Positions 20,081 to 38,562 of a stretch of DNA of 64,000 bases are shown in pieces. A program made the translations under genes and the position numbers. Source of the stretch: Escherichia phage vB_EcoM_SA20RB; the sequence record OL960581. One strand, given 5' to 3'. The notes below the pieces were generated by a model, which saw only the letters and a program-made list of their open reading frames with translations, made no database searches and was not told the origin of the DNA. Each line of letters opens with the position of its first letter. Positions within the stretch are counted from its first letter, which is position 1.

Positions 20081-21888
20081 TGAAACAAAATATTAATATC
20101 GGTAATGTTGTTGATGATGGTACCGGTGACTACCTGCGTAAAGGTGGTATAAAAATAAATGAAAACTTTGATGAGCTTTATTATGAGCTTGGTGATGGAG
20201 ATGTTCCATATTCAGCCGGTGCCTGGAAAACTTATGATGCTTCATCTGGTCAAACATTAAAAGCTGAATGGGGAAAATCATACGCTATTAATACCTCTTC
20301 TGGAAGAGTAACTATAAATCTTCCAAAAGGAACTGTCAATGATTACAACAAGGTAATTAGAGCTAGAGACGTATTTGCTACATGGAACGTCAATCCAGTT
20401 ACACTAGTAGCTGCTTCCGGCGATACGATTAAAGGGTCTGCAGTACCAGTTGAAATTAATGTTCAATTCAGCGATTTGGAATTAGTGTATTGTGCCCCAG
20501 GACGTTGGGAATATGTCAAAAATAAGCAAATTGACAAAATTACCAGTTCAGACATTAGTAATGTAGCTCGTAAAGAATTTTTAGTCGAAGTCCAAGGACA
20601 AACTGACTTTTTAGATGTTTTCCGTGGAACTAGTTATAATGTAAATAACATCAGAGTAAAACATCGCGGTAACGAATTGTATTACGGCGATGTATTTAGT
20701 GAAAACAGCGATTTTGGCTCTCCGGGCGAAAACGAAGGTGAATTAGTTCCTCTTGATGGATTTAATATTCGATTAAGACAGCCTTGTAATATTGGTGATA
20801 CTGTTCAAATTGAAACATTTATGGATGGCGTATCACAGTGGAGAAGTTCATATACAAGACGTCAAATTAGAGTGTTAGATTCAAAATTAACGTCAAAAAC
20901 TTCTTTAGAAGGAAGCATTTACGTTACTGATTTATCAACAATGAAATCAATTCCGTTTTCAGCTTTTGGATTAATTCCAGGTGAACCTATTAATCCTAAT
21001 TCTCTTGAGGTCCGTTTTAATGGAATTTTACAAGAATTGGCTGGAACAGTTGGAATGCCATTATTTCATTGCGTTGGTGCCGATTCAGACGATGAAGTAG
21101 AATGCTCTGTTTTAGGTGGAACTTGGGAACAGTCTCATACAGACTATTCAGTTGAAACTGATGAAAACGGCATACCGGAAATTTTACATTTCGATAGAGT
21201 ATTTGAGCATGGCGATATTATCAATATCACCTGGTTTAATAATGATTTAGGTACATTATTAACAAAAGATGAGATTATTGATGAAACTGATAATCTCTAT
21301 GTATCGCAAGGACCAGGAGTAGATATTTCCGGTGATGTAAATTTAACAGACTTCGATAAAATTGGTTGGCCAAATGTAGAAGCAGTTCAATCTTATCAAC
21401 GTGAATTTAATGCTGTTTCAAATATCTTTGATACGATTTATCCTATTGGAACTATATATGAAAACGCTGTTAATCCAAATAACCCTGTTACATATATGGG
21501 ATTCGGCTCATGGAAATTATTTGGGCAAGGAAAAGTTTTAGTTGGATGGAATGAAGATATTTCGGACCCTAACTTTGCTCTAAATAACAACGATTTAGAT
21601 TCGGGCGGAAATCCTTCACATACTGCAGGCGGAACAGGTGGTTCTACTTCTGTTACATTGGAAAATGCTAATCTTCCTGCAACTGAGACAGATGAAGAAG
21701 TTCTAATAGTTGATGAAAATGGATCAGTCATTGTTGGTGGATGTCAATACGATCCAGATGAATCCGGTCCAGTTTACACGAAATACCGTGAAGCTAAAGC
21801 ATCTACTAACTCTACTCACACTCCGCCAACATCAATAACTAACATTCAACCATATATTACAGTTTATCGTTGGATAAGGATTGCATAA
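20080..21888 (+). CDS. 10: baseplate wedge / short-tail-fibre attachment protein gp10
   Basis: 602 aa; synteny. Confidence 0.85.
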   Translation: MKQNINIGNVVDDGTGDYLRKGGIKINENFDELYYELGDGDVPYSAGAWKTYDASSGQTLKAEWGKSYAINTSSGRVTINLPKGTVNDYNKVIRARDVFATWNVNPVTLVAASGDTIKGSAVPVEINVQFSDLELVYCAPGRWEYVKNKQIDKITSSDISNVARKEFLVEVQGQTDFLDVFRGTSYNVNNIRVKHRGNELYYGDVFSENSDFGSPGENEGELVPLDGFNIRLRQPCNIGDTVQIETFMDGVSQWRSSYTRRQIRVLDSKLTSKTSLEGSIYVTDLSTMKSIPFSAFGLIPGEPINPNSLEVRFNGILQELAGTVGMPLFHCVGADSDDEVECSVLGGTWEQSHTDYSVETDENGIPEILHFDRVFEHGDIINITWFNNDLGTLLTKDEIIDETDNLYVSQGPGVDISGDVNLTDFDKIGWPNVEAVQSYQREFNAVSNIFDTIYPIGTIYENAVNPNNPVTYMGFGSWKLFGQGKVLVGWNEDISDPNFALNNNDLDSGGNPSHTAGGTGGSTSVTLENANLPATETDEEVLIVDENGSVIVGGCQYDPDESGPVYTKYREAKASTNSTHTPPTSITNIQPYITVYRWIRIA

Positions 21889-22547
21889 TGAGTTTACTTA
21901 ATAATAAAGCGGGAGTTATTTCCCGCTTAGCCGATTTTCTTGGTTTTAGACCTAAAACTGGTGACATCGATGTAATGAATCGTCAATCGGTTGGGTCAGT
22001 GACAATTTCTCAATTAGCGAAAGGATTTTATGAACCAAACGTAGAATCAGCTATTAATGATGTTCATAATTTTTCTATAAAAGACGTTGGTACAATTATT
22101 ACTAATAAAACTGGCGTTTCTCCTGAGGGTGTTTCTCAAACTGATTATTGGGCATTTTCAGGAACTGTGACAGATGATTCGCTTCCTCCTGGTTCTCCTG
22201 TTACTGTATTAGTATTTGGTCTTCCAGTTTCAGCAACAACCGGAATGACAGCTATCGAGTTTGTTGCCAAAGTTCGTGTTGCGCTACAAGAAGCTATTGC
22301 GTCATTTACTGCTATTAATTCATATAAAGACCATCCAACTGACGGTAGTAAATTAGAAGTTACTTATTTAGATAATCAGAAACATGTATTAAGCACATAT
22401 TCTACATATGGAATAACTATTTCCCAAGAAATTATTTCAGAATCTAAGCCTGGATATGGCACATGGAATTTGCTTGGTGCACAAACTGTAACTTTAGATA
22501 ATCAGCAAACTCCAATAGTACTTTATCATTTTGAGAGAACAGCATGA
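21888..22547 (+). CDS. 11: baseplate wedge protein gp11 (219 aa)
   Basis: Start at MSLLNNKAG (TAATG overlap with gene 10 stop); the upstream in-frame ATG at 21870 would require an 18-nt overlap with gene 10. Confidence 0.8.
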   Translation: MSLLNNKAGVISRLADFLGFRPKTGDIDVMNRQSVGSVTISQLAKGFYEPNVESAINDVHNFSIKDVGTIITNKTGVSPEGVSQTDYWAFSGTVTDDSLPPGSPVTVLVFGLPVSATTGMTAIEFVAKVRVALQEAIASFTAINSYKDHPTDGSKLEVTYLDNQKHVLSTYSTYGITISQEIISESKPGYGTWNLLGAQTVTLDNQQTPIVLYHFERTA

Positions 22548-24127
22548 GTAATAATACATATCAACACGTTTCTAATGAATCTCGCTATGTAAAATTTGAT
22601 CCAACTGGTACAAATTTTCCAGCAGAGATTACTGATGTTCAGGCTGCTATAGCAGCCATTTCTCCTGCTGGTGTAAATGGAGTTCCTGACGCATCATCAA
22701 CAACAAAGGGAATTTTATTTCTTGCCACTGAACAGGAAGTTATCGACGGAACTGATAATACCAAAGCAGTTACACCAGCAACGTTGGCAACAAGATTATC
22801 TTATCCAAACGCAACTGAAACTGTTTACGGATTAACAAGATATTCAACCAATGATGAAGCAATTGCCGGAGTTAATAATGAATCTTCTATAACTCCTGCT
22901 AAATTTACTGTTGCCCTTAATAATGTCTTTGAAACACGAGTTTCAACTGAATCATCAAATGGAGTTATTAAAATTTCATCTCTACCACAAGCATTAGCTG
23001 GCGCAGATGATACTACTGCGATGACTCCATTAAAAACACAGCAGTTAGCTATTAAATTAATTGCGCAAATCGCTCCTTCTGAAACCACAGCTACCGAATC
23101 GGACCAAGGTGTTGTTCAATTAGCGACAGTAGCTCAAGTTCGTCAAGGAACCTTAAGAGAAGGCTATGCAATTTCTCCTTATACGCTAATGAATTCTACT
23201 GCTACTGAAGAATATAAAGGCGTAATTAAATTAGGAACACAATCAGAAGTTAACTCGAATAATGCTTCTGTTGCGGTTACTGGCGCAACTCTTAATGGTC
23301 GTGGTTCTACAACGTCAATGAGAGGCGTAGTTAAATTAACTACAACCGCCGGCTCACAGAGTGGAGGTGATGCTTCATCAGCACTAGCTTGGAATGCTGA
23401 CGTTATCCACCAAAGAGGTGGTCAAACGATTAATGGAACACTTCGCATTAATAATACGCTCACAATAGCTTCAGGCGGAGCAAATATTACCGGAACAGTT
23501 AACATGACTGGTGGTTATATTCAAGGTAAGCGTGTTGTAACGCAGAATGAAATAGATAGAACTATTCCTGTCGGAGCTATTATGATGTGGGCGGCTGATA
23601 GCCTTCCTAGTGATGCTTGGCGCTTCTGTCATGGCGGAACTGTTTCAGCATCAGATTGTCCATTATATGCTTCTAGAATTGGAACAAGATACGGCGGAAG
23701 TTCATCAAATCCTGGATTACCTGATATGCGTGGCCTTTTTGTTCGCGGCTCTGGTCGTGGCTCTCACTTAACAAATCCAAACGTTAATGGTAATGACCAA
23801 TTTGGCAAGCCTAGATTAGGCGTAGGTTGTACCGGTGGATATGTTGGCGAAGTACAAAAACAGCAGATGTCTTATCATAAACACGCTGGCGGATTTGGTG
23901 AGCATGATGATTCTGGAGCATTCGGTAATACCCGTAGATCAAATTTTGTTGGTACACGTAAAGGACTTGACTGGGATAACCGTTCATACTTCACCAATGA
24001 CGGTTATGAAATTGACCCAGCATCACAACGAAATTCCAAATATACACTAAATCGTCCTGAATTAATTGGAAATGAAACACGTCCATGGAACATTTCTTTA
24101 AACTACATAATTAAGGTAAAAGAATGA
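22544..24127 (+). CDS. 12: short tail fibre protein gp12
   Basis: 527 aa. Confidence 0.85.
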   Translation: MSNNTYQHVSNESRYVKFDPTGTNFPAEITDVQAAIAAISPAGVNGVPDASSTTKGILFLATEQEVIDGTDNTKAVTPATLATRLSYPNATETVYGLTRYSTNDEAIAGVNNESSITPAKFTVALNNVFETRVSTESSNGVIKISSLPQALAGADDTTAMTPLKTQQLAIKLIAQIAPSETTATESDQGVVQLATVAQVRQGTLREGYAISPYTLMNSTATEEYKGVIKLGTQSEVNSNNASVAVTGATLNGRGSTTSMRGVVKLTTTAGSQSGGDASSALAWNADVIHQRGGQTINGTLRINNTLTIASGGANITGTVNMTGGYIQGKRVVTQNEIDRTIPVGAIMMWAADSLPSDAWRFCHGGTVSASDCPLYASRIGTRYGGSSSNPGLPDMRGLFVRGSGRGSHLTNPNVNGNDQFGKPRLGVGCTGGYVGEVQKQQMSYHKHAGGFGEHDDSGAFGNTRRSNFVGTRKGLDWDNRSYFTNDGYEIDPASQRNSKYTLNRPELIGNETRPWNISLNYIIKVKE

Positions 24128-25587
24128 CAGATATTGTACTGAATGACTTACCATTCGTTGACGGCCCTCCTGCAGAGGGCCAGAGCCGCATTTCCTGGAT
24201 TAAAAACGGCGAAGAAATATTAGGAGCTGACACACAGTATGGAAGTGAAGGTTCAATGAATAGACCTACAGTTTCTGTACTAAGAAATGTTGAAGTTCTT
24301 GATAAAAACATTGGAATACTTAAAACATCTTTAGAATCCGCGAATAGTGATATTAAAACAATTCAGGGCATCTTAGATGTATCTGGTGATATTGAAGCTT
24401 TGGCCCAAATAAGTATCAATAAAAAGGATATTTCTGACCTTAAAACGCTAACCAGTGAACATACAGAAATATTAAATGGGACTAATAGTACGGTTGACAG
24501 CATTCTTGCTGATATTGGTCCATTTAACTCCGAGGCCAACTCTGTATACAGAACGATCAGAAATGATTTACTATGGATAAAGCGTGAACTTGGACAATAC
24601 ACAGGTCAAGATATTAATGGTCTTCCTGTTGTAGGAAATCCTAGCACAGGAATGAAGCATCGCATTATTAATAATACTGATGTCATCACTTCACAGGGAA
24701 TACGTTTAAGCGAATTAGAAGCAAAATTCATTGAATCTGATGTAGGTTCTTTGACTATTGAAGTTGGTAATCTTCGCGAAGAGCTTGGACCGAAACCACC
24801 TTCATTTTCACAAAACATCTACAGTCGTTTAAATGAAATTGACACTAAACAGACAACAGTTGAGTCTGACATTAGTGCTATTAAGACCTCAATAGGATAT
24901 CCAGGAAATAATTCGATTATTACGAGTGTTAATACAAACACTGATAATATTGCATCTATTAATTTAGAGCTAAATCAAAGTGGAGGTATTAAACAGCGTT
25001 TAACCGTTATTGAAACTTCTATTGGTTCAGATGATATTCCTTCGAGTATTAAAGGCCAAATCAAAGATAATACAACTTCAATCGAAGCTCTAAATGGAAT
25101 CGTCGGTGAAAACACTTCATCTGGTTTAAGAGCGAATGTTTCGTGGTTAAACCAAATTGTTGGAACTGATTCTAGCGGTGGACAACCTTCTCCTCCTGGG
25201 TCTCTTTTAAACCGAGTTTCTACAATTGAAACTTCTGTTTCAGGCTTGAATAACGATGTTCAAAACCTACAAGTAGAGATTGGTAATAACAGCACAGGAA
25301 TTAAAGGGCAAGTTGTAGCGTTAAATACTTTAGTAAATGGAACTAATCCAAACGGTTCAACTGTTGAAGAACGCGGATTAACCAATTCAATAAAAGCTAA
25401 CGAAACCAACATTGCGTCAGTTACACAAGAAGTGAATACAGCCAAAGGTAGTATATCTTCTCTGCAAGGCGATGTTCAAGCTCTACAAGAAGCAGGTTAT
25501 ATTCCTGAAGCTCCAAAAGATGGTCAAGCTTACGTTCGTAAAGACGGCGAGTGGGTATTACTTTCTACCTTTTTATCACCAGCATAA
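24124..25587 (+). CDS. wac: fibritin (whisker/neck protein)
   Basis: 487 aa, long coiled-coil heptad repeats. Confidence 0.85.
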   Translation: MTDIVLNDLPFVDGPPAEGQSRISWIKNGEEILGADTQYGSEGSMNRPTVSVLRNVEVLDKNIGILKTSLESANSDIKTIQGILDVSGDIEALAQISINKKDISDLKTLTSEHTEILNGTNSTVDSILADIGPFNSEANSVYRTIRNDLLWIKRELGQYTGQDINGLPVVGNPSTGMKHRIINNTDVITSQGIRLSELEAKFIESDVGSLTIEVGNLREELGPKPPSFSQNIYSRLNEIDTKQTTVESDISAIKTSIGYPGNNSIITSVNTNTDNIASINLELNQSGGIKQRLTVIETSIGSDDIPSSIKGQIKDNTTSIEALNGIVGENTSSGLRANVSWLNQIVGTDSSGGQPSPPGSLLNRVSTIETSVSGLNNDVQNLQVEIGNNSTGIKGQVVALNTLVNGTNPNGSTVEERGLTNSIKANETNIASVTQEVNTAKGSISSLQGDVQALQEAGYIPEAPKDGQAYVRKDGEWVLLSTFLSPA

Positions 25588-25590
25588 CAT

Positions 25591-25606
25591 GGGGCCGCAA
25601 GGCCCC
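25591..25606 (+). terminator. GGGGCC-GCAA-GGCCCC hairpin after wac (stability element / weak terminator)
   Basis: GNRA tetraloop hairpin immediately after stop; no strong U-run. Confidence 0.4.
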
Positions 25607-25619
25607 AAAGGATTTTTAA

Positions 25620-27321
<1,702 letters not shown>

Positions 27322-27362
27322 TAAATATTATAAACTAATTAAAGCCCAGATTAGGAGAAATC

Positions 27363-30503
<3,141 letters not shown>

Positions 30504-30531
30504 TATTAAAGCATATTAAAGAGGATTAAAA

Positions 30532-32511
30532 ATGACTTTATTATCTCCGGGCATTGAGCTCAAAGAAACTACGGTTCAAAGCACCGTGGTTAATAACTCT
30601 ACTGGTACAGCAGCTTTGGCCGGTAAATTCCAGTGGGGTCCTGCTTTTCAGATCAAACAGGTTACAAATGAAGTAGATTTAGTTAATACTTTTGGTCAAC
30701 CTACAGCTGAAACTGCTGACTATTTTATGTCTGCAATGAATTTCTTACAATACGGAAATGATTTGCGAGTTGTGCGTGCTGTCGATAGAGATACCGCTAA
30801 AAACTCATCTCCGATTGCTGGTAATATTGAATACACTATTTCTACCCCAGGTAGTAACTACGCGGTTGGAGATAAAATCACAGTTAAGTATGTTTCAGAA
30901 GACATTGAAACGGAAGGTAAAATTACCGAAGTAGATGCTGATGGAAAAATTAAGAAAATTAATATTCCTACCGCAAAAATTATCGCTAAAGCGAAAGAAG
31001 TTGGTGAATATCCAGCATTAGGTTCTAACTGGACCGCGGAAATTTCTTCGTCTTCCTCTGGTTTAGCTGCAGTAATAACCCTTGGAAAAATTATTACTGA
31101 TTCTGGTATTTTATTAGCTGAAATTGAAAATGCTGAAGCTGCCATGACAGCGGTTGAATTTCAAACAAATCTTGAAAAATATGGAATTCCAGGAGTAGTA
31201 GCTCTTTATCCAGGTGAGTTGGGCGATAAAATCGAAATTGAAATCGTATCTAAAGCTGACTACGCAAAAGGTGCTTCTGCATTACTCCCAATTTATCCAG
31301 GTGGCGGAACACGCGCATCTACTGCCAAAGCAGTGTTTGGATATGGACCACAAACTGATTCACAATACGCTATTATAGTTCGTCGCAATGATGCTATTGT
31401 TCAAAGCGTTGTTCTTTCAACAAAGCGCGGTGAAAAAGATATTTACGATAGTAACATCTATATTGATGACTTTTTCGCAAAAGGTGGTTCAGAATATATT
31501 TTCGCAACTGCACAAAACTGGCCAGAAGGCTTCTCTGGAATTTTAACTCTGTCTGGCGGATTATCATCAAATGCTGAAGTAACAGCAGGAGATTTGATGG
31601 AAGCTTGGGACTTTTTTGCTGACCGTGAATCCGTTGATGTTCAGTTGTTTATTGCTGGCTCTTGTGCCGGTGAATCTTTAGAAACAGCATCTACTGTCCA
31701 AAAACATGTTGTTTCAATCGGGGATGCTCGCCAAGATTGCTTGGTATTGTGCTCACCACCGCGTGAAACTGTAGTTGGAATTCCTGTAACTCGTGCTGTT
31801 GATAACTTAGTCAATTGGAGAACTGCAACTGGTTCATACACTGATAATAACTTTAATATCAGTTCAACCTATGCAGCAATTGATGGTAACTACAAGTATC
31901 AGTATGACAAATATAATGATGTAAATCGTTGGGTTCCATTAGCAGCTGATATTGCTGGTTTATGCGCAAGAACTGATAACGTTTCTCAGACTTGGATGTC
32001 TCCAGCTGGTTATAATCGTGGTCAGATTTTGAACGTTATTAAACTTGCTATTGAAACTCGCCAGGCGCAGCGCGACCGTTTATACCAAGAAGCTATCAAC
32101 CCGGTAACCGGTACAGGTGGTGATGGTTACGTATTGTATGGTGATAAAACAGCTACTTCTGTTCCTTCTCCATTTGATCGTATTAACGTTCGTCGTCTGT
32201 TTAATATGTTGAAAACGAATATCGGACGTAGTTCAAAATATCGTTTGTTCGAATTAAACAACGCGTTTACTCGTTCATCGTTCCGCACAGAAACTTCCCA
32301 GTACTTACAGGGAATTAAAGCTCTCGGTGGAATTTATGAATATCGTGTAGTTTGCGATACAACAAATAACACTCCGTCAGTAATTGATAGAAATGAGTTT
32401 GTTGCAACATTCTACATTCAACCGGCGCGCAGTATAAATTATATTACTTTGAATTTCGTCGCAACTGCTACTGGTGCAGATTTCGATGAGTTAACTGGTC
32501 TTGCAGGTTAA
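30532..32511 (+). CDS. 18: contractile tail sheath protein gp18
   Basis: 659 aa. Confidence 0.9.
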   Translation: MTLLSPGIELKETTVQSTVVNNSTGTAALAGKFQWGPAFQIKQVTNEVDLVNTFGQPTAETADYFMSAMNFLQYGNDLRVVRAVDRDTAKNSSPIAGNIEYTISTPGSNYAVGDKITVKYVSEDIETEGKITEVDADGKIKKINIPTAKIIAKAKEVGEYPALGSNWTAEISSSSSGLAAVITLGKIITDSGILLAEIENAEAAMTAVEFQTNLEKYGIPGVVALYPGELGDKIEIEIVSKADYAKGASALLPIYPGGGTRASTAKAVFGYGPQTDSQYAIIVRRNDAIVQSVVLSTKRGEKDIYDSNIYIDDFFAKGGSEYIFATAQNWPEGFSGILTLSGGLSSNAEVTAGDLMEAWDFFADRESVDVQLFIAGSCAGESLETASTVQKHVVSIGDARQDCLVLCSPPRETVVGIPVTRAVDNLVNWRTATGSYTDNNFNISSTYAAIDGNYKYQYDKYNDVNRWVPLAADIAGLCARTDNVSQTWMSPAGYNRGQILNVIKLAIETRQAQRDRLYQEAINPVTGTGGDGYVLYGDKTATSVPSPFDRINVRRLFNMLKTNIGRSSKYRLFELNNAFTRSSFRTETSQYLQGIKALGGIYEYRVVCDTTNNTPSVIDRNEFVATFYIQPARSINYITLNFVATATGADFDELTGLAG

Positions 32512-32546
32512 TACGGTGCATTCTAAAGGCCTGTTTCGGCAGGCCA

Positions 32547-32613
32547 TATAAATACACTATATCCTTAATTCTTTAATTCTATATGCCCTAGGTTAAACAT
32601 AGGGATATAAATA
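32547..32613 (+). promoter_or_regulatory. two late promoters (TATAAATA at 32547..32554 and 32606..32613) for gene 19
   Basis: Two exact 8-mers; a short palindrome (ccctaggttaaacataggg) lies between them. Confidence 0.6.
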
Positions 32614-32627
32614 CTACAGAGGCTAAT

Positions 32628-33119
32628 ATGTTTGTAGATGATGTAACACGAGCGTTTGAATCTGGTGATTTTGCTCGACCTAACTTATTCCAAGTAGAAA
32701 TTTCTTATCTTGGACAAAATTTTACGTTTCAATGTAAAGCCACTGCTTTACCAGCTGGTATTGTAGAAAAAATTCCAGTCGGATTCATGAACCGTAAAAT
32801 TAACGTAGCAGGCGATCGTACATTCGATGACTGGACTGTTACAGTAATGAACGATGAGGCACATGATGCTCGCCAGAAGTTTGTTGATTGGCAAAGCATT
32901 GCTGCTGGGCAAGGGAACGAAATTACTGGTGGAAAACCAGCAGAGTATAAAAAGAGCGCTGTTGTTCGCCAATATGCTCGTGACGCTAAAACTGTAACAA
33001 AAGAAGTCGAAATTAAAGGTCTGTGGCCTACTAACGTGGGTGAACTTCAATTAGATTGGGATTCAAACAATGAAATCCAAACCTTTGAAGTAACTCTCGC
33101 TCTCGATTATTGGGAATAA
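32628..33119 (+). CDS. 19: tail tube protein gp19
   Basis: 163 aa. Confidence 0.9.
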   Translation: MFVDDVTRAFESGDFARPNLFQVEISYLGQNFTFQCKATALPAGIVEKIPVGFMNRKINVAGDRTFDDWTVTVMNDEAHDARQKFVDWQSIAAGQGNEITGGKPAEYKKSAVVRQYARDAKTVTKEVEIKGLWPTNVGELQLDWDSNNEIQTFEVTLALDYWE

Positions 33120-33151
33120 AATGAATGGGGAGAAATCCCCATCCTGCTTAA

Positions 33152-34776
<1,625 letters not shown>

Positions 34777-34777
<1 letters not shown>

Positions 34778-35019
34778 TGGAAGGTTTAATTGAAGCTATT
34801 AAATCAAACGACCTCGTAGCCGCTCGTAAATTATTTGCTGAAGCCATGGCTGCAAGAACGATTGATTTAATTAAAGAAGAAAAAATCGCTATCGCTCGTA
34901 ATTTCTTAATCGAAGGTGAAGAACCTGAAGACGAGGATGATGACGAAGATGGTGATGATAAAGACGACAAAAAAGACAAAGACTCTGACGAAGATGACGA
35001 AGACGAGGATGATGAATAA
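34777..35019 (+). CDS. 67: prohead core protein gp67 with poly-acidic C-terminus
   Basis: 80 aa; C-terminal [30 protein letters not shown]. Confidence 0.8.
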
Positions 35020-35444
35020 TGCTTCTGATCCCTGAAACTCATGAATTAGTTCTCGAGAATGTCGAAGCACTTATTCCTGAAGCACAGGGTCGCTTTGACG
35101 AATTGTCTTCTGCTTTAAATAAAGACGATATAAATACAATTATCGAGAATATGCTTGATGATGAAACTGATTTAGCAGTTGCATTAGCTTCTATTAATGA
35201 AAATATGCCGTTAAATGAATTCATTGTTAAGCATGTTTCAGCTCGTGGTGAAATTACACGTACTAAAGACCGCAAAACGCGCGAACGTAATGCATTTCAA
35301 ACCACTGGGCTGTCTAAAGCAAAACGTAGACAAATTGCTCGCAAAGCTACCAAAACGAAGATTGCCAATCCAGCAGGTCAATCTCGTGCTCAGCGTAAGC
35401 GTAAAAAAGCTCTTAAACGCCGTAAAGCATTAGGATTAAGCTAA
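35019..35444 (+). CDS. 68: prohead core protein gp68
   Basis: 141 aa; ATGA-type overlaps on both sides. Confidence 0.8.
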   Translation: MLLIPETHELVLENVEALIPEAQGRFDELSSALNKDDINTIIENMLDDETDLAVALASINENMPLNEFIVKHVSARGEITRTKDRKTRERNAFQTTGLSKAKRRQIARKATKTKIANPAGQSRAQRKRKKALKRRKALGLS

Positions 35445-36082
35445 TGAATGAACCCCAATTACTAATTGAAACTTGGGGTCAACCTGGCGAAATTATTGAT
35501 GGTGTGCCAATGCTTGAATCCCACGATGGAAAAGACTTAGGTTTAAAACCGGGTTTATACATCGAAGGAATATTCATGCAAGCAGAAGTCGTCAATAGAA
35601 ATAAACGTCTTTATCCAAAACGCATATTAGAAAAAGCGGTAAAAGACTATATTAATGAGCAAGTTTTAACTAAACAAGCTCTCGGAGAATTAAATCATCC
35701 TCCACGCGCTAATGTTGACCCGATGCAAGCCGCTATCATTATAGAAGATATGTGGTGGAAAGGAAATGACGTATACGGACGAGCTCGTGTTATTGAAGGT
35801 GACCACGGTCCTGGAGATAAATTAGCAGCTAATATTCGTGCCGGATGGATTCCAGGAGTTTCTTCTCGTGGATTAGGTTCATTGACTGACACAAATAAAG
35901 GTTATCGTATCGTAAACGAAGGATTCAAATTAACTGTAGGTGTTGATGCAGTATGGGGTCCAAGTGCTCCAGATGCATGGGTAACTCCTAAGGAAATTAC
36001 CGAATCACAGACGGCGGAAGCCGATACAAGTGCCGATGACGCCTATATGGCTCTCGCAGAGGCCATGAAAAAAGCGTTATAA
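35444..36082 (+). CDS. 21: prohead core protease gp21
   Basis: 212 aa. Confidence 0.85.
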   Translation: MNEPQLLIETWGQPGEIIDGVPMLESHDGKDLGLKPGLYIEGIFMQAEVVNRNKRLYPKRILEKAVKDYINEQVLTKQALGELNHPPRANVDPMQAAIIIEDMWWKGNDVYGRARVIEGDHGPGDKLAANIRAGWIPGVSSRGLGSLTDTNKGYRIVNEGFKLTVGVDAVWGPSAPDAWVTPKEITESQTAEADTSADDAYMALAEAMKKAL

Positions 36083-36085
36083 ATA
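36078..36085 (+). promoter_or_regulatory. late promoter TATAAATA for gene 22
   Basis: Exact 8-mer 28 nt upstream of ATG 36113. Confidence 0.6.
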
Positions 36086-36112
36086 TTATTATCTAAACAA
36101 CAGGACTACAAA

Positions 36113-36922
36113 ATGCTTAAAGAACAACTGATTGCTGAAGCGCAAAAAATTGATGCTTCCGTTGCTCTTGATAGTATTTTCGAATCAGTTAATATTTCTC
36201 CGGAAGCAAAAGAAACTTTCGGCACTGTATTCGAAGCTACCGTCAAGCAGCACGCCGTTAAATTAGCTGAATCTCATATCGCTAAAATTGCTGAAAAAGC
36301 AGAAGAAGAAGTAGAAAAAAATAAAGAAGAAGCCGAAGAAAAAGCTGAGAAGAAAATCGCTGAGCAAGCTTCTAAATTCATCGACCATCTTGCGAAAGAA
36401 TGGCTCGCTGAAAATAAATTAGCAGTTGATAAAGGCATCAAAGCCGAACTGTTTGAATCCATGCTTGGTGGATTAAAAGAGCTCTTTGTTGAACACAACG
36501 TTGTTGTTCCAGAAGAATCAGTTGATGTTGTAGCTGAAATGGAAGAAGAGCTGCAAGAACATAAAGAAGAATCAGCTCGTCTGTTCGAAGAACTTAATAA
36601 GCGTGACGCATATATCAATTATGTGCAGCGTGAAGTGGCATTGAGCGAAAGTACTAAAGATCTGACTGAGTCTCAAAAAGAAAAAGTCTCTGCTCTGGTC
36701 GAAGGTATGGATTATTCAGATGAATTCTCAAGTAAATTGAGTGCCATCGTAGAAATGGTGAAGAAGTCTAATAAAGATGAAAGCACTATTACTGAGGGTA
36801 TAAATACTCCTGATACTGAAGCAGCCGGACTGAATTTCGTCACTGAAGCTGTAGAAGATAAAGCTGCACCTGGTGCAGAAGATATTGTAAGTGTATATGC
36901 GAAAGTCGCATCTCGTTTCTAA
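36113..36922 (+). CDS. 22: prohead core scaffold protein gp22
   Basis: 269 aa, acidic helical protein. Confidence 0.85.
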   Translation: MLKEQLIAEAQKIDASVALDSIFESVNISPEAKETFGTVFEATVKQHAVKLAESHIAKIAEKAEEEVEKNKEEAEEKAEKKIAEQASKFIDHLAKEWLAENKLAVDKGIKAELFESMLGGLKELFVEHNVVVPEESVDVVAEMEEELQEHKEESARLFEELNKRDAYINYVQREVALSESTKDLTESQKEKVSALVEGMDYSDEFSSKLSAIVEMVKKSNKDESTITEGINTPDTEAAGLNFVTEAVEDKAAPGAEDIVSVYAKVASRF

Positions 36923-36940
36923 TTTTAAAGGTTAACACAA

Positions 36941-38506
36941 ATGACTATCAAAACTAAAGCTGAACTTTTGAACAAATGGAAGCCATTACTGGAAGGTGAA
37001 GGTTTACCGGAAATTGCTAATAGCAAACAAGCGATTATCGCTAAAATCTTTGAAAACCAGGAAAAAGATTTCCAGACAGCTCCAGAGTACAAAGACGAAA
37101 AAATCGCTCAGGCGTTCGGTTCTTTCTTAACAGAAGCTGAAATCGGTGGTGACCACGGTTACAATGCTACTAACATCGCTGCAGGTCAGACTTCTGGCGC
37201 AGTAACTCAGATTGGCCCAGCTGTTATGGGTATGGTACGTCGTGCTATTCCTAACCTGATTGCTTTCGATATTTGCGGTGTTCAGCCGATGAATAGCCCG
37301 ACCGGTCAGGTATTCGCACTGCGTGCTGTATACGGTAAAGACCCAATTGCTGCCGGCGCTAAAGAAGCATTCCACCCAATGTATGGTCCAGATGCAATGT
37401 TCTCTGGTCAGGGTGCTGCTAAGAAATTCCCGGCTCTGGCTGCTAGCACAGAAACCACAGTAGGTGATATCTATACTCACTTCTTCCAGGACACTGGTAC
37501 TGTGTATCTGCAGGCTTCTGCTCAAGTAACAATTAGTGCAAGCGCAACTGATGCAGCTAAATTAGATGCTGAAATTAAGAAACAAATGGAAGCTGGTGCA
37601 TTGGTAGAAATCGCTGAAGGTATGGCTACTTCTATCGCTGAACTCCAGGAAGGTTTCAACGGTTCTACCGATAACCCATGGAATGAAATGGGCTTCCGTA
37701 TCGATAAACAAGTTATCGAAGCTAAATCTCGCCAGCTGAAAGCTGCTTACTCTATCGAATTAGCACAAGACCTCCGCGCTGTTCACGGTATGGATGCTGA
37801 TGCTGAACTGTCTGGTATTCTGGCTACCGAAATCATGCTGGAAATCAACCGCGAAGTTGTTGATTGGATTAACTACTCAGCTCAGGTTGGTAAATCTGGT
37901 ATGACCCTGACTCCAGGTTCTAAAGCTGGTGTATTTGACTTCCAGGATCCGATTGATATTCGTGGTGCTCGCTGGGCGGGTGAATCCTTTAAAGCTCTGT
38001 TGTTCCAGATTGACAAAGAAGCAGTTGAAATTGCTCGTCAGACCGGTCGTGGTGAAGGTAACTTCATTATCGCTTCCCGTAACGTAGTTAACGTTCTGGC
38101 TTCAGTTGATACTGGCATTTCTTATGCTGCACAGGGTCTGGCTACCGGCTTTAACACTGATACTACCAAGTCAGTATTTGCTGGTGTTCTGGGTGGTAAA
38201 TACCGTGTATATATCGACCAGTATGCTAAACAGGATTATTTCACTGTAGGTTATAAAGGTCCGAACGAAATGGATGCTGGTATTTACTATGCTCCATATG
38301 TAGCTCTGACTCCGCTGCGTGGTTCCGATCCGAAGAACTTCCAACCAGTAATGGGATTCAAAACTCGTTACGGTATCGGTATCAACCCATTTGCAGAATC
38401 CGCTGCTCAGGCTCCGGCTTCTCGCATCCAGAGCGGTATGCCTTCTATTCTGAATAGCCTTGGTAAAAACGCTTACTTCCGCCGTGTATATGTTAAAGGT
38501 ATCTAA
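36941..38506 (+). CDS. 23: major capsid protein gp23
   Basis: 521 aa; N-terminus MTIKTKAELLNKWKPLLEGEG matches T4 gp23 as I recall it; strongly biased codon usage. Confidence 0.92.
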   Translation: MTIKTKAELLNKWKPLLEGEGLPEIANSKQAIIAKIFENQEKDFQTAPEYKDEKIAQAFGSFLTEAEIGGDHGYNATNIAAGQTSGAVTQIGPAVMGMVRRAIPNLIAFDICGVQPMNSPTGQVFALRAVYGKDPIAAGAKEAFHPMYGPDAMFSGQGAAKKFPALAASTETTVGDIYTHFFQDTGTVYLQASAQVTISASATDAAKLDAEIKKQMEAGALVEIAEGMATSIAELQEGFNGSTDNPWNEMGFRIDKQVIEAKSRQLKAAYSIELAQDLRAVHGMDADAELSGILATEIMLEINREVVDWINYSAQVGKSGMTLTPGSKAGVFDFQDPIDIRGARWAGESFKALLFQIDKEAVEIARQTGRGEGNFIIASRNVVNVLASVDTGISYAAQGLATGFNTDTTKSVFAGVLGGKYRVYIDQYAKQDYFTVGYKGPNEMDAGIYYAPYVALTPLRGSDPKNFQPVMGFKTRYGIGINPFAESAAQAPASRIQSGMPSILNSLGKNAYFRRVYVKGI

Positions 38507-38520
38507 TCTTTGACGATTTA

Positions 38521-38550
38521 AGGGACCTTCGGGTCCCTTTAGTTGTTTTT
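38521..38550 (+). terminator. rho-independent terminator after gene 23
   Basis: GGGACC-UUCG-GGUCCC then UUAGUUGUUUUU. Confidence 0.7.
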
Positions 38551-38554
38551 ATGG

Positions 38555-38562
38555 TATAAATA
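38555..38562 (+). promoter_or_regulatory. late promoter TATAAATA for gene 24
   Basis: Exact 8-mer 28 nt upstream of ATG 38590. Confidence 0.6.

Noticed and set aside
36274-36618. 114-aa minus-strand ORF inside gene 22
   Set aside because: Antisense to a well-supported late gene; Ser/Ala-rich low-complexity translation, no RBS.
36880-36940. Expected TATAAATA late promoter immediately upstream of gene 23
   Set aside because: No exact 8-mer found in the 22-23 intergenic region; gene 23 is probably served by the gene 22 promoter or a promoter inside gene 22 that I could not pinpoint.
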